Positions 19,794 to 28,797 of a DNA stretch of 64,000 nt are shown here, piece by piece (the first letter of the stretch is position 1; each line of letters starts with the position of its first letter). Position numbers and translations under genes: made by a program. Origin of the DNA: a phage. Below the pieces are notes generated by a model. That model was not told the origin of the DNA and ran no database searches. It was given only the letters and a program-made list of their open reading frames with translations. The stretch lies in the NCBI GenBank assembly GCA_020241125.1, contig GCA_020241125.1_4708.1. The stretch is one strand, 5' to 3'.

Positions 19794-20258
19794 TTAGATA
19801 TCGTCATCCGTGGTGCCGTAGGACATATGCTGAATTAATTTTCTCGGCTCGATGAAAATACGACATGTGATAAACACATCGGGATCGTATTGCTCCACGC
19901 AACGTCCGAAGGTTTGTTTTGCGGCTTGGCGCATCGATGTTATTTCCTGATCGTTCATCGCATTATCGAATTCGATGTTGATCGCGATTTTATCGGGAAA
20001 TAAATAGATAAAGTAATCGCCGCTGATACCACCATCATCAAAGTGACGTTCATTGTAGCACTGGACGAGCTTACCTTCACGTTCTTTCTGATACCACCCA
20101 AGGATACTATTAAGACCTCTGTCCACGCATTCGAATGCTTGAGTAATAACATCCTCAACGACGGATGCAGGCGTGGGACCATTGAATAGACGATCTAAGC
20201 GCTTTTTCATCGATTTGGTTTTCTCGTTCATGATTTCTTTTCCTGTTATAATCGGCAT
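19794..20258 (-). CDS. Hypothetical small protein
   Basis: 154-aa ORF in small-gene array. Confidence 0.5.
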   Translation of the reverse strand: MPIITGKEIMNEKTKSMKKRLDRLFNGPTPASVVEDVITQAFECVDRGLNSILGWYQKEREGKLVQCYNERHFDDGGISGDYFIYLFPDKIAINIEFDNAMNDQEITSMRQAAKQTFGRCVEQYDPDVFITCRIFIEPRKLIQHMSYGTTDDDI

Positions 20259-20262
20259 ACAA

Positions 20263-20293
20263 CCCTTCCCCGGCCTGATGGCTAGGGAAGGGG
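20263..20293 (-). terminator. Conserved palindromic hairpin (member 5)
   Basis: GCATAcaa-CCCTTCCC-N14-GGGAAGGG-gcTATGC. Confidence 0.55.
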
Positions 20294-20306
20294 CTATGCT
20301 ACGTTG

Positions 20307-20705
20307 TTATGCTTCGCAATCAGCTGAAGGCGTCGCGCCTTTCTTACCAGCGATACGCCAAATCCGACACGCTGGGTAATGGTTAACCTCTAGAGAGCAA
20401 GGAATGTTATATTTCTCTTCCAGCGCATAAAGACATTTCGTTAGCTGCTCCAGCGCGTTCTCGTCGTGTCGTAACGCGTGGTGGCCTAATCGATGTTGGT
20501 CGTTCTTTATATACGCCTCGAAGAGAACATGTTGGCGATGTACGCTGACGTTTACAGCCTCGAGTATAGCTTGGTCGAGCATACGACTAAAGCACATCAA
20601 CGAGTCAGATACGTTTTCTCGCTTAACCAGATCGATCATGGCGGGAATATACGAATGGTCGATGTTATCGATGACCGCTTTAGCGACGGAATCAGCAACG
20701 TTCAT
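20307..20705 (-). CDS. Hypothetical small protein, paralog A of tandem pair
   Basis: 132 aa; clear similarity to adjacent 20743..21138 product (shared VKAV-DNIDH, MID, EEKYNIP-SLEVN motifs). Confidence 0.6.
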   Translation of the reverse strand: MNVADSVAKAVIDNIDHSYIPAMIDLVKRENVSDSLMCFSRMLDQAILEAVNVSVHRQHVLFEAYIKNDQHRLGHHALRHDENALEQLTKCLYALEEKYNIPCSLEVNHYPACRIWRIAGKKGATPSADCEA

Positions 20706-20742
20706 CTTTTTTAATCCCTAGTTTGTTATTGATCACGTATAT

Positions 20743-21138
20743 TTACTCTTTGACGTCAGTTGTCGTTTCGACATGCTTCTCACTACTGACGTACCAGAGC
20801 AGGTACGCTGGGAAAAGATTGACCTCTAAGCTAAATGGGATATTGTATTTCTCTTCCATTTTACAGAGATGTTCTTTAAGTAAATTTCTCGCGTCTCTGT
20901 CACCACGAACAGAGTGCCAGTCTAGTTCTTTGTTCTCCTTTACCAGGACCTCTACGATGATACGTTGCTCGTGAACCTCGGTTTTCACAGTGAAAAGTAA
21001 ATCGCTGCTATCCAAACGGGTAAAACGAATGTATGAACCAGGTGTTTTTTCTTGTTTAATAATATCGATCATGGTAGAAATGCGCGGATGATCGATGTTG
21101 TCGTTAACAGCTTTAACGATGGATTCTACAATGCTCAT
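20743..21138 (-). CDS. Hypothetical small protein, paralog B of tandem pair
   Basis: 131 aa; paralogous to 20307..20705 product. Confidence 0.6.
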   Translation of the reverse strand: MSIVESIVKAVNDNIDHPRISTMIDIIKQEKTPGSYIRFTRLDSSDLLFTVKTEVHEQRIIVEVLVKENKELDWHSVRGDRDARNLLKEHLCKMEEKYNIPFSLEVNLFPAYLLWYVSSEKHVETTTDVKE

Positions 21139-21170
21139 TTTTTATCCTTAATGTTATCGATTTGGAAATA

Positions 21171-21938
21171 TTACTTATTTTTGCTTTCTTTATAGACAGT
21201 TGTTACCCACGATGGGAAAGCCGGATGGAAACAGAGCGTGAACGTAACTGTCGTATCGTATTTAAACGCACAGTTCACTAACCGGGTATCTAACGTTTTC
21301 CTTAATCCGTCATCATCGTTATCGATGATGGTCATATCTCTTAATATCCCAAGCACGTTAACGCCATCGGGTGTCTGGGTTACGACAAGTCGTCGTAATG
21401 GCCCGCATGTATAGTCACGTACAAATCCTTTCTTCGGGTCCGATACCCTGTTTAACGCATCGTGATTTTTGATGAATTCATCGGCGATACAATAGGTTTG
21501 TTCCCTTGCTTTATCGGGATCGTATTCTGCTAATAGTTCCTTCGTGTCGAATGTTATCGCGTTATTAGCATTCGATTCAGAAGGGAAACATAAAACTAAA
21601 CGAACAGGGTATTCATATTGATCTGTTCTCGTTTCGAAAGCATTAGCTAAACACGGCTTGTATGCCTTTGCGTCGACATTGTCCAAACACGGATGCAATA
21701 ATGCGTGAATAACGGCACCATCGTCAGTTAAACCGAATTCCAGAAATTGTGTTTCATCGACATCCGTGACGGTTTTCTGAAGATACGCTTTACCGTTAAC
21801 GATATCGGTATCCCACATATCGTCGTTTAACGATTCTTCAAACTTATCGAATATATGGTTTACGAAATTGATGAGTTCATCAATACGACACTGTTGGTTG
21901 AATTCGATTAATCGTTGAACTTTATCTCTGATAGACAT
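21171..21938 (-). CDS. Hypothetical acidic protein
   Basis: 255-aa ORF, Asp/Glu-rich. Confidence 0.5.
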   Translation of the reverse strand: MSIRDKVQRLIEFNQQCRIDELINFVNHIFDKFEESLNDDMWDTDIVNGKAYLQKTVTDVDETQFLEFGLTDDGAVIHALLHPCLDNVDAKAYKPCLANAFETRTDQYEYPVRLVLCFPSESNANNAITFDTKELLAEYDPDKAREQTYCIADEFIKNHDALNRVSDPKKGFVRDYTCGPLRRLVVTQTPDGVNVLGILRDMTIIDNDDDGLRKTLDTRLVNCAFKYDTTVTFTLCFHPAFPSWVTTVYKESKNK

Positions 21939-21940
21939 GA

Positions 21941-22405
21941 TTACTCCTTAGTTCCTTCTTCGTTGGACGTATATTCCACATAGTGGAATTCACGGCCGTC
22001 GATAAACTTGAGTGCTACTGTAATAGGGAAATCACACGGCATAGCGGATTTCGTAAATGCGTTATCAGCAACATCAGATAACCGACGTATGGTATTCTCC
22101 CCTTTTGCTATGAATGGGAATTTAATGTTAATAAGGATACGGTGTTTGTAAATAGTAAAGACGACAGTGCTGTCGAAATGTACCCCAGTTAAAGTCATTG
22201 TTGGGATACGTTTTACAACGGAGAAATGTGTCCCGTCAATATCGCTACTTCCCACTGACCATTCATCGGAATTGCGTAGACTTTTCTTGAGGATATCAAC
22301 GCTTTGCGTGACCACCTCAGCAACTTGTACGACGTACGTGTCTTTATGCATGTCGAAAAGTTCGTTGACGTTAGATTTGAATGAATAAACCGTTGCCATT
22401 ATCAT
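21941..22405 (-). CDS. Hypothetical small protein
   Basis: 154-aa ORF; 4-nt overlap with upstream gene. Confidence 0.5.
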   Translation of the reverse strand: MIMATVYSFKSNVNELFDMHKDTYVVQVAEVVTQSVDILKKSLRNSDEWSVGSSDIDGTHFSVVKRIPTMTLTGVHFDSTVVFTIYKHRILINIKFPFIAKGENTIRRLSDVADNAFTKSAMPCDFPITVALKFIDGREFHYVEYTSNEEGTKE

Positions 22406-22860
22406 ACCTCTTTTTTCATCTTCATCGGAACAGCGAGTGCAGCACTCGCTGTTCCATTATCCGGCTCATATTCCAATGTAACGAGATTGCAGCCGTCCGA
22501 TAATTCATAATCGATCGCTAGGGGGAACGAGATACCGTGCGACTTTATGCATTTACCAAATGTCTCGTTGGCTGTATACATTAGAAGTTGCTTTGCGGCA
22601 AGCCCGTTTACGCTGAAAGGTAATTGTGCTGTCGCAGCGATACGATTATTGTAAACTCTGATATCGGTGATATCTACAATCGTAGCATTGCCGTGTTGTG
22701 TTGATGGAACGGATAGGTTGTAGAAGTAAGGTTCGGAGTCGGAATCGGGCTCGTTAAATAATTCCCAGCACCCGTCCTCCTGCAATCTTACTTCGAGTAT
22801 TTCAAAGCTTTTAATTATCGATTCTACCAGCTGCTCACCGTAAGAATCCCATGTCGTCAT
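22402..22860 (-). CDS. Hypothetical small protein
   Basis: 152-aa ORF. Confidence 0.5.
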   Translation of the reverse strand: MTTWDSYGEQLVESIIKSFEILEVRLQEDGCWELFNEPDSDSEPYFYNLSVPSTQHGNATIVDITDIRVYNNRIAATAQLPFSVNGLAAKQLLMYTANETFGKCIKSHGISFPLAIDYELSDGCNLVTLEYEPDNGTASAALAVPMKMKKEV

Positions 22861-22931
22861 TTTTTAACACCTTCGACACCTTTTAACCGATACGTGTCCC
22901 ATCTAACAAGGGACACGATATCGTTGATTAA

Positions 22932-23432
22932 TTACTCTTCTGTGTTTTCATTGTCAGGATCGTAGTGGAATTCGAACAGCCCTGAACCGTCGTGTCCGTT
23001 GATTGTTAGTATAACGGGCATATCGAATCCTCGGACACGCGAATGAAAACATTGTGCTAATTTTAGTTTGGCGTATGCCGCTACTTCATTGACAGCAATA
23101 CACGATTCACCTGTTATACTCAGTATAACGTCGATACTAACAATGTTGTCGTGCAACGCAAAACGCCAGCGATCGATACGATTATTATCTTTATCGGTTG
23201 TCTCGTTTACGAGATAGACTTTATCGTCAACCGACAAAGCGGGACTCCAGCAACGATCGTTTATTAAATTCGCCTGGAGTTTTAGTATCGTCTGATCGAT
23301 AATATCCCAACACGTAACCAGCGTGGTGTCAGGCACTGAGTAGAGAAGGGCGTGCACTTTATCCTTTATTTTAAGTGCTTCCGCAGGACGTCCGCAAATA
23401 CCATGCATTTCGACTTTCTTATTCATATTCAC
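22932..23432 (-). CDS. Hypothetical small protein
   Basis: 166-aa ORF. Confidence 0.5.
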   Translation of the reverse strand: MNMNKKVEMHGICGRPAEALKIKDKVHALLYSVPDTTLVTCWDIIDQTILKLQANLINDRCWSPALSVDDKVYLVNETTDKDNNRIDRWRFALHDNIVSIDVILSITGESCIAVNEVAAYAKLKLAQCFHSRVRGFDMPVILTINGHDGSGLFEFHYDPDNENTEE

Positions 23433-23470
23433 TTCTTTCTTAATCTAAATGTTAGTTGGGGGTGGGATGC

Positions 23471-24103
23471 TTACATGCTTTCTAGCATATTGACGATCAT
23501 GGAACCCATACCGAAACTCGGTCTCTCACCGATATACTCAGCAAGCTGGCGATGGACGTCTTTTGGATTTCCTTCTTCACCGTCAGCATCGATGTAGACT
23601 GAAAAAGAAACCGAATCGGAATCCACGCTGATAACCAGACGACGTTCATTGCGTTCCTTGAGCGTGTCGACGATAGATGCTTTCAGTACCGGGATCGCAT
23701 TCATCGCGTGCAAGATATCTCCATCGGGTTTCGGCAGATCGATCTTTTCTTTCAGGTCGATATTGATGTTGGTTACAATTGGGTTGAGGTCGACCTTGAC
23801 GTAATCGTTAGGGTACATGCGAATAATCGCACGATCGATATCTGAACCGTAAAAGTCAACACGTGGCTTTAACACTTCTTTGTTTGGATCCATGTTTTCA
23901 TCCATACCCGCCTGCAAGAAACGTTCTACGTTATCCAGTTCACGATAAACTAACGCTTCGATTTCTTTCAGATAGTTGGCTGCGGTTTCATGTTCTTTAC
24001 GCAGCTCGTCTTTAAGGAGCTGTACGGTGGTTTCACTGGAACGAATGCTGTTCGCGAATTGGGTAATTGACATATCGAATTCCTTAAATTCTCTTGAGTT
24101 CAA
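23471..24103 (-). CDS. Hypothetical protein
   Basis: 210-aa ORF; start may be the internal Met (MSITQ). Confidence 0.5.
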   Translation of the reverse strand: MNSREFKEFDMSITQFANSIRSSETTVQLLKDELRKEHETAANYLKEIEALVYRELDNVERFLQAGMDENMDPNKEVLKPRVDFYGSDIDRAIIRMYPNDYVKVDLNPIVTNINIDLKEKIDLPKPDGDILHAMNAIPVLKASIVDTLKERNERRLVISVDSDSVSFSVYIDADGEEGNPKDVHRQLAEYIGERPSFGMGSMIVNMLESM

Positions 24104-24120
24104 TTAATGATGAAAAGCTG

Positions 24121-24146
24121 TAAAAAAAGGTGGGGCGAACCCCACC
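24121..24146 (-). terminator. Intrinsic terminator
   Basis: GGTGGGG-cgaa-CCCCACC hairpin with plus-strand A7 run (U-tract on the minus transcript) immediately downstream of gene 24172..24597. Confidence 0.75.
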
Positions 24147-24171
24147 AAAACGTCAGACACACGCGGGAAAA

Positions 24172-24597
24172 TTAATTCAGTGATGCATATAAGGCATAAC
24201 GACTGTAGATCTCAACCGCCGGTCCGTTATGCGTTAACAGACCGTCTCGGCTGTAATACTGGAAAAATGAATAACGTTTGTCGAAGTGATAAACAAAAGC
24301 AATGTCTTTGCCGTCAAAACCTGTGATGCGTGGTCTGTTTTTATCTAGCAATGCTTTGACTTTTAACAGTGTTGCCGCACGTGCTTTAACGTTAGGGATC
24401 AAGCCATCACAATCGATATAAACAGTGTAACCTGTTTCAGATGTTGCGACGGTCGTATTGCGATTGACGCGGAAGATTTTTGTTTCGTATGTACTATCTT
24501 CAAGAATTGGGTTTTGTTTTTCGTATTTTCGTTTACGCAGAAATTCTACAACGGTGATATAGTTAGCGGTAATATGCCCGGTTATAGCTTGTAACAT
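24172..24597 (-). CDS. Hypothetical small protein
   Basis: 141-aa ORF; preceded by conserved promoter/leader element (copy A) and followed by canonical terminator. Confidence 0.55.
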   Translation of the reverse strand: MLQAITGHITANYITVVEFLRKRKYEKQNPILEDSTYETKIFRVNRNTTVATSETGYTVYIDCDGLIPNVKARAATLLKVKALLDKNRPRITGFDGKDIAFVYHFDKRYSFFQYYSRDGLLTHNGPAVEIYSRYALYASLN

Positions 24598-24690
24598 CTT
24601 GACATCCTTTTATATTGGATTGGTTGCAATTGTCTTAAATAGATGATAAGATATTTTGCTCTTATCACTAAGGTAATGTAGTCGCGAAAT
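24598..24690 (-). promoter_or_regulatory. Conserved promoter/5' leader element, copy A
   Basis: Two blocks shared with 52806..52895 at the same spacing from the ATG: proximal (minus orientation) CAATCCAATATAAAAGGATGTCAAG-ATG and distal TTTCGCGACTACATTACCTTAGTG about 69 nt upstream. Confidence 0.5.
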
Positions 24691-24725
24691 AAACTGCGTT
24701 AACACGAAATAAAAAACAGCATAGA

Positions 24726-24768
24726 ACCCTCCTCCCACATCCTTCAAGAGGACGGTGGGAAGAGGGAG
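24726..24768 (-). terminator. Conserved palindromic hairpin (member 6)
   Basis: CATAGAA-CCCTCCTCCCAC...GTGGGAAGAGGG, one mismatch. Confidence 0.5.
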
Positions 24769-24771
24769 AGA

Positions 24772-25173
24772 TTAAATGTCGTGGACGGCAATGCCGTTTA
24801 ACCAGCAATACAGCTTAACGCGACAGGAATACCGCTTCGTTGCGGCAACCATTTCATCGCGTAAACGCTGGTATATTTCATCCTGGTGTTCACGATCAAT
24901 GGGGTAATCAGCCCAACATTCGATCATGACGTCACCATTCGTCAGAATCGTCGTACGCATCCTGTCCTGGATACGGCGGTCTTTCCCGGCATTAGGGAAA
25001 TACATTCCTTCAGTACGAATAAGGTCGCCGCAAGGCATGACTAACCATTCGTTCGTTTTGCCGGTATTCTTATAATCCATTACAGCTTGCATTGCGGTGT
25101 CAACGCTAAAAGAAACATAATTCCAAACGGATGTCCAACGATAGATTGCGGGTTGTTCGAGTGTTTCGTTCAT
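24772..25173 (-). CDS. Hypothetical small protein
   Basis: 133-aa ORF. Confidence 0.5.
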   Translation of the reverse strand: MNETLEQPAIYRWTSVWNYVSFSVDTAMQAVMDYKNTGKTNEWLVMPCGDLIRTEGMYFPNAGKDRRIQDRMRTTILTNGDVMIECWADYPIDREHQDEIYQRLRDEMVAATKRYSCRVKLYCWLNGIAVHDI

Positions 25174-25226
25174 GGAGTGCTTTTCCTATTTTTATTTTCT
25201 GCACAGGATAAATTCAACGGCATAAA

Positions 25227-25260
25227 GCCCTTCCCTGCCCTTATATGGGGCGGGAAGAGT
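25227..25260 (-). terminator. Degenerate palindromic hairpin (member 7)
   Basis: CATAAAG-CCCTTCCCTGCCC-ttatat-GGGGCGGGAAGAG-TTTATG; imperfect stem. Confidence 0.4.
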
Positions 25261-25387
25261 TTATGACCGCAATGAGAATCTCTCACGACAAGCTCACGAC
25301 GATTATCGCATCACCCCGCGAGTGAGGGAGATCAGGATCACCTCCTACGTCGTAACGACAGTAATCCCGTTAACGTCGCCTTAGGCA

Positions 25388-26014
25388 TTATGCGAAGCGA
25401 CGCATGTAACCTGCCAGATAGTTACGTGTATCGAAGTAAGCAATTTCAGGAATTGCGATATTAAGGTCGATAGCACGGATTTCAACCTGGCGACGGCTTT
25501 CATCATAGATCGCATCCATCAGACGCAGTACTGTCAGGAAAGCCATGCGGGTATGGTAGTCCAGCGGCATGTTATCGATGCCACGATACAGATAACGGTT
25601 TGCATTAAATGCTCCTTCGCTGTTATCTTTCCAGATCTTCAGAATATCAGCAAAGGCGGTGCGGAAAACCTCAGGATTATCCACATCCAGTAACGCACGG
25701 AAGGCAGACATTAAAGACCGCTGATGGCGGATCAACGACTGCGGTGTTTGCGGCATGGTCGGACCCATTTCTTCCGCATATTTCTGGAACGGGGCAACCA
25801 GGGTTGCGGCACGAGAAGCCACGATAGAAACAGCAGGCGATTCTTTCACCGCTGGTTTCGCAGGCTTTTCTTCAACAACGGTTTCCTTCTTCTCAACAGC
25901 GACCGTTTCCGGCTGTGCTACAACATCACCAACCGGAGCATCTGCAACGGTGGTTTCTACCGCAGTAATCTCCTCGTCCATTTTTGCAGAACGTTGGTCT
26001 TTATTCTTGCTCAT
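25388..26014 (-). CDS. Hypothetical protein with acidic low-complexity N-terminus
   Basis: 208-aa ORF; AAGGAAATAAAC upstream of ATG. Confidence 0.5.
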   Translation of the reverse strand: MSKNKDQRSAKMDEEITAVETTVADAPVGDVVAQPETVAVEKKETVVEEKPAKPAVKESPAVSIVASRAATLVAPFQKYAEEMGPTMPQTPQSLIRHQRSLMSAFRALLDVDNPEVFRTAFADILKIWKDNSEGAFNANRYLYRGIDNMPLDYHTRMAFLTVLRLMDAIYDESRRQVEIRAIDLNIAIPEIAYFDTRNYLAGYMRRFA

Positions 26015-26039
26015 GTTTATTTCCTTTCATTTAACAAGG

Positions 26040-27341
26040 TTAACTAATATAAAGTTCGGGATCGTAAGGCGCTAACGATACACTGGCGTTATGCATTGCT
26101 TTCATCATAGTGTTCATGAAAACGTTGTTTACACCGGTGATCTCTGCCCCGATCGCGTCTGGGGTTGGAGCCATCGCGTTACCGCAACAGGTAGCACAGT
26201 ATTCCAGTGGGCCTGCTTTACAACGTTGAGGATCACGTAACTTGATGGTCTGTCCTTCCAAGGAAGCAAGTAATTCAGCATCAATAAGTTTAAGCGCTGC
26301 GCCGTCGATCATGTAACGGCCGACAAGCAGCTTATCTTTGATATGATCGCGGTTTACCGTGAACAGAATATGTTCGTGGGTACCACAGTCGTCCATCGTG
26401 ATTTTAAGGTTCTGTGTCGCACGTTGTGATTCTTTCGCCGTCTGTCCCGCTAAAGCGGTCAGTGCGCCACGTGAGAACGAACCTGCACGTGCGCTGTTGT
26501 TGTACTCCGCCCAATGGTCGACACGCATCCCTTCAGCCAGGCTGTGTGTGATAACGTTACGTTTACCAGGGTCAACGAAGTCGGCTTCAACCCCCATCAT
26601 GATGTGCGTTTTCTTTCGAGTATTACCGAAACTCTTACCGGGGTTAATATAGAACCCTTCCGATTCATCACCCTTAAAGGATTCCTTATCCATTTTGGTC
26701 AGCGTGGCTTCGAGTTTGATCAGTTCTTCAGGCGTGAACTTACCTTCCTCTTGTAAGCGTGCTAACTCTTTATCGCGATAGGCAATAATATCATCATCGA
26801 CCGTTAACGCTTTATCACTCATTGATGGAACAATTAAACGGTTGATAGCGGTTAACGCACTAATATTGTTGGTGAATTTCTTCACTTCGCTTGCGTACAA
26901 CGGACCAATTGGACGTTCGTTAGGATCGGGTATTCCCTCTTCAGGATCGTCAGCGACGCGTGGCGCAATCAGTGACTCCAGTGTACCGCTGGTCAACCGT
27001 CCTGCCTGGTATTCAATCTGAATACCGAAAGCATCATAAAGGACGTACATATTGAACAACGCTTCACCGAAGGTTGTGGTGGTTGTATTCTTAACCGACG
27101 GTAGATCACCAGGTGCAAGCTCCAATGGCTCCCAGAAACTCAACAGGGGTTTTGTTGGCTCGGTTTCCCATTGGTGTTCTTCACCGTCGATGGTAACCGT
27201 AACGACGTTACCTTGACGACGTAATTTAGGCTGATACTTCTCAGCGCCGCCTTCCGTAAAAGCAAATGCGTCGTTAATCCATTCAAGATAACGGTAGTGC
27301 CCTTCACGCATCGCGTAAAGGAAATATTCACGAGGTGTCAT
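26040..27341 (-). CDS. Hypothetical protein with C-terminal Cys cluster
   Basis: 433-aa ORF; Cys cluster CKAGPLEYCATCCG suggests metal binding; otherwise unrecognised. Confidence 0.5.
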   Translation of the reverse strand: MTPREYFLYAMREGHYRYLEWINDAFAFTEGGAEKYQPKLRRQGNVVTVTIDGEEHQWETEPTKPLLSFWEPLELAPGDLPSVKNTTTTTFGEALFNMYVLYDAFGIQIEYQAGRLTSGTLESLIAPRVADDPEEGIPDPNERPIGPLYASEVKKFTNNISALTAINRLIVPSMSDKALTVDDDIIAYRDKELARLQEEGKFTPEELIKLEATLTKMDKESFKGDESEGFYINPGKSFGNTRKKTHIMMGVEADFVDPGKRNVITHSLAEGMRVDHWAEYNNSARAGSFSRGALTALAGQTAKESQRATQNLKITMDDCGTHEHILFTVNRDHIKDKLLVGRYMIDGAALKLIDAELLASLEGQTIKLRDPQRCKAGPLEYCATCCGNAMAPTPDAIGAEITGVNNVFMNTMMKAMHNASVSLAPYDPELYIS

Positions 27342-27354
27342 GTAACAACTCCTT

Positions 27355-28233
27355 TTAAACCCGGGTCAGGTCACCGTGACATGAAACGAACTCTGATAAC
27401 GCTCGGGTTGCTTCTTTGGATTCTTCAGCCATCGGGAAGTTTGCGGTAATAAGTTCTCGTAAGACAGGGACGAGTTCATTATCTTCGAGATCGGAAGCTA
27501 AGGCGAATGCAATCAGTTCTTGGGTGTATGCATACGGTTGCTGACGTAATGCAGTAAGCTGATCCCGACACTGCGACATTAGCAGGTCCAGTGGAACCGC
27601 TATCGTACCCCCTTCATCAATATACTGGCTGAACACTGGTGGGAACGCATCGCTGATGACACGAATACGTCGACGAATATGATCCGGAATCTGGACGTTT
27701 TCTTCATCGACGACGTTTTCGCTATCTTTCTCCAGCTTCTTGGTCAGTACCTCTTGAATGCGTGGAAGTAAGCTTGAATGCACGAAACCGATTAATGGGG
27801 TTACGTTAACAGCATCAACGCCGTAAATATAATGCGCGCATTCCGCTAGCGCTTCAGCTGTGGTGTAGTCTTCATCTTCAACGATAGCGAGTAGAAAAGC
27901 GGTATCGTCGTGTGTTTCCAGGTCTAATAACGTAGACGCTAGCGCATGAAGATATTTCAGGCTATCCAGAGTTAGCTGCCCTTCGTTAATTCGGATCCCG
28001 AAGGCAAGCAATTGTTGTTTATAAAGTTCGATACATCCGTTTGTTAAAATGATGTCTAATTCGTTTAAATCGTATTGTTCCCCAGCACCTGACAACATCG
28101 TACTGCAGAACGTTTCCAGTTGTTCACATTTAAAATCTTGGTATAAACGATGTATGCAGTGCTGTAACAGCGTACGCCTTGTTTCAGGGATCTTACCTTC
28201 TAACAAAGCCAAGACGGAATCAATCATATCCAC
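27355..28233 (-). CDS. Hypothetical protein
   Basis: 292-aa ORF; ORF-track start is GTG, true start probably the ATG 6 nt downstream. Confidence 0.5.
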   Translation of the reverse strand: MDMIDSVLALLEGKIPETRRTLLQHCIHRLYQDFKCEQLETFCSTMLSGAGEQYDLNELDIILTNGCIELYKQQLLAFGIRINEGQLTLDSLKYLHALASTLLDLETHDDTAFLLAIVEDEDYTTAEALAECAHYIYGVDAVNVTPLIGFVHSSLLPRIQEVLTKKLEKDSENVVDEENVQIPDHIRRRIRVISDAFPPVFSQYIDEGGTIAVPLDLLMSQCRDQLTALRQQPYAYTQELIAFALASDLEDNELVPVLRELITANFPMAEESKEATRALSEFVSCHGDLTRV

Positions 28234-28323
28234 TCCGATGCGGTAAATGTCTACTAGCTCTCATAATCTATTGAAGAAACTACCAGCTTACGCCAACTTA
28301 GATTAATCAGGAGTAACCATCCC

Positions 28324-28797
28324 ATGCCAGTTTCATCCAAACCAAGAAAAAAATCCGTAGGAAACCCTAAAGCTCAGGAAACAACAGCAATTCGTTGGGA
28401 CGAGTTACGTGAACCTATCGAAAACTGCGAATTGTTATTAGGTACCCTGGGTGCAGCTATTTACCAAGCGACGCAACCCTGTCGTTTACGATTAACCCAA
28501 AACAAACGTGATGAGTTCGTTGCATTATCAACAAGCACGAATAAAGATCTGACCGAACTTCAAACCGAGTTGACGACGATCAAGAACTCCATCACGCCGA
28601 TGTACGGTAAAGAAGTTGATGAACAAAGTATTCTGTTACAGTACAACTACGGGATGTCGTTAATGAACATCCTGGAACGCGCATCCGATATTCTGCGTCC
28701 TGACGTTGCACGCCTAAGCCAGCTGCGTGTCGAAGGGATGGAGAACCAGATCCGATTCGCTAACAGTGTTAAATCTCAAGGAGCCACCGAAGCATGA
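28324..28797 (+). CDS. Hypothetical protein
   Basis: 157-aa ORF; AGGAG about 11 nt upstream; 4-nt overlap with next gene. Confidence 0.5.
   Translation: MPVSSKPRKKSVGNPKAQETTAIRWDELREPIENCELLLGTLGAAIYQATQPCRLRLTQNKRDEFVALSTSTNKDLTELQTELTTIKNSITPMYGKEVDEQSILLQYNYGMSLMNILERASDILRPDVARLSQLRVEGMENQIRFANSVKSQGATEA

Noticed and set aside
28234-28323. Sigma70-like promoter in the divergent intergenic region (TTGAAG ... AACTTA)
   Set aside because: The -10 candidate is weak and spacing ambiguous; cannot be supported without transcript start data
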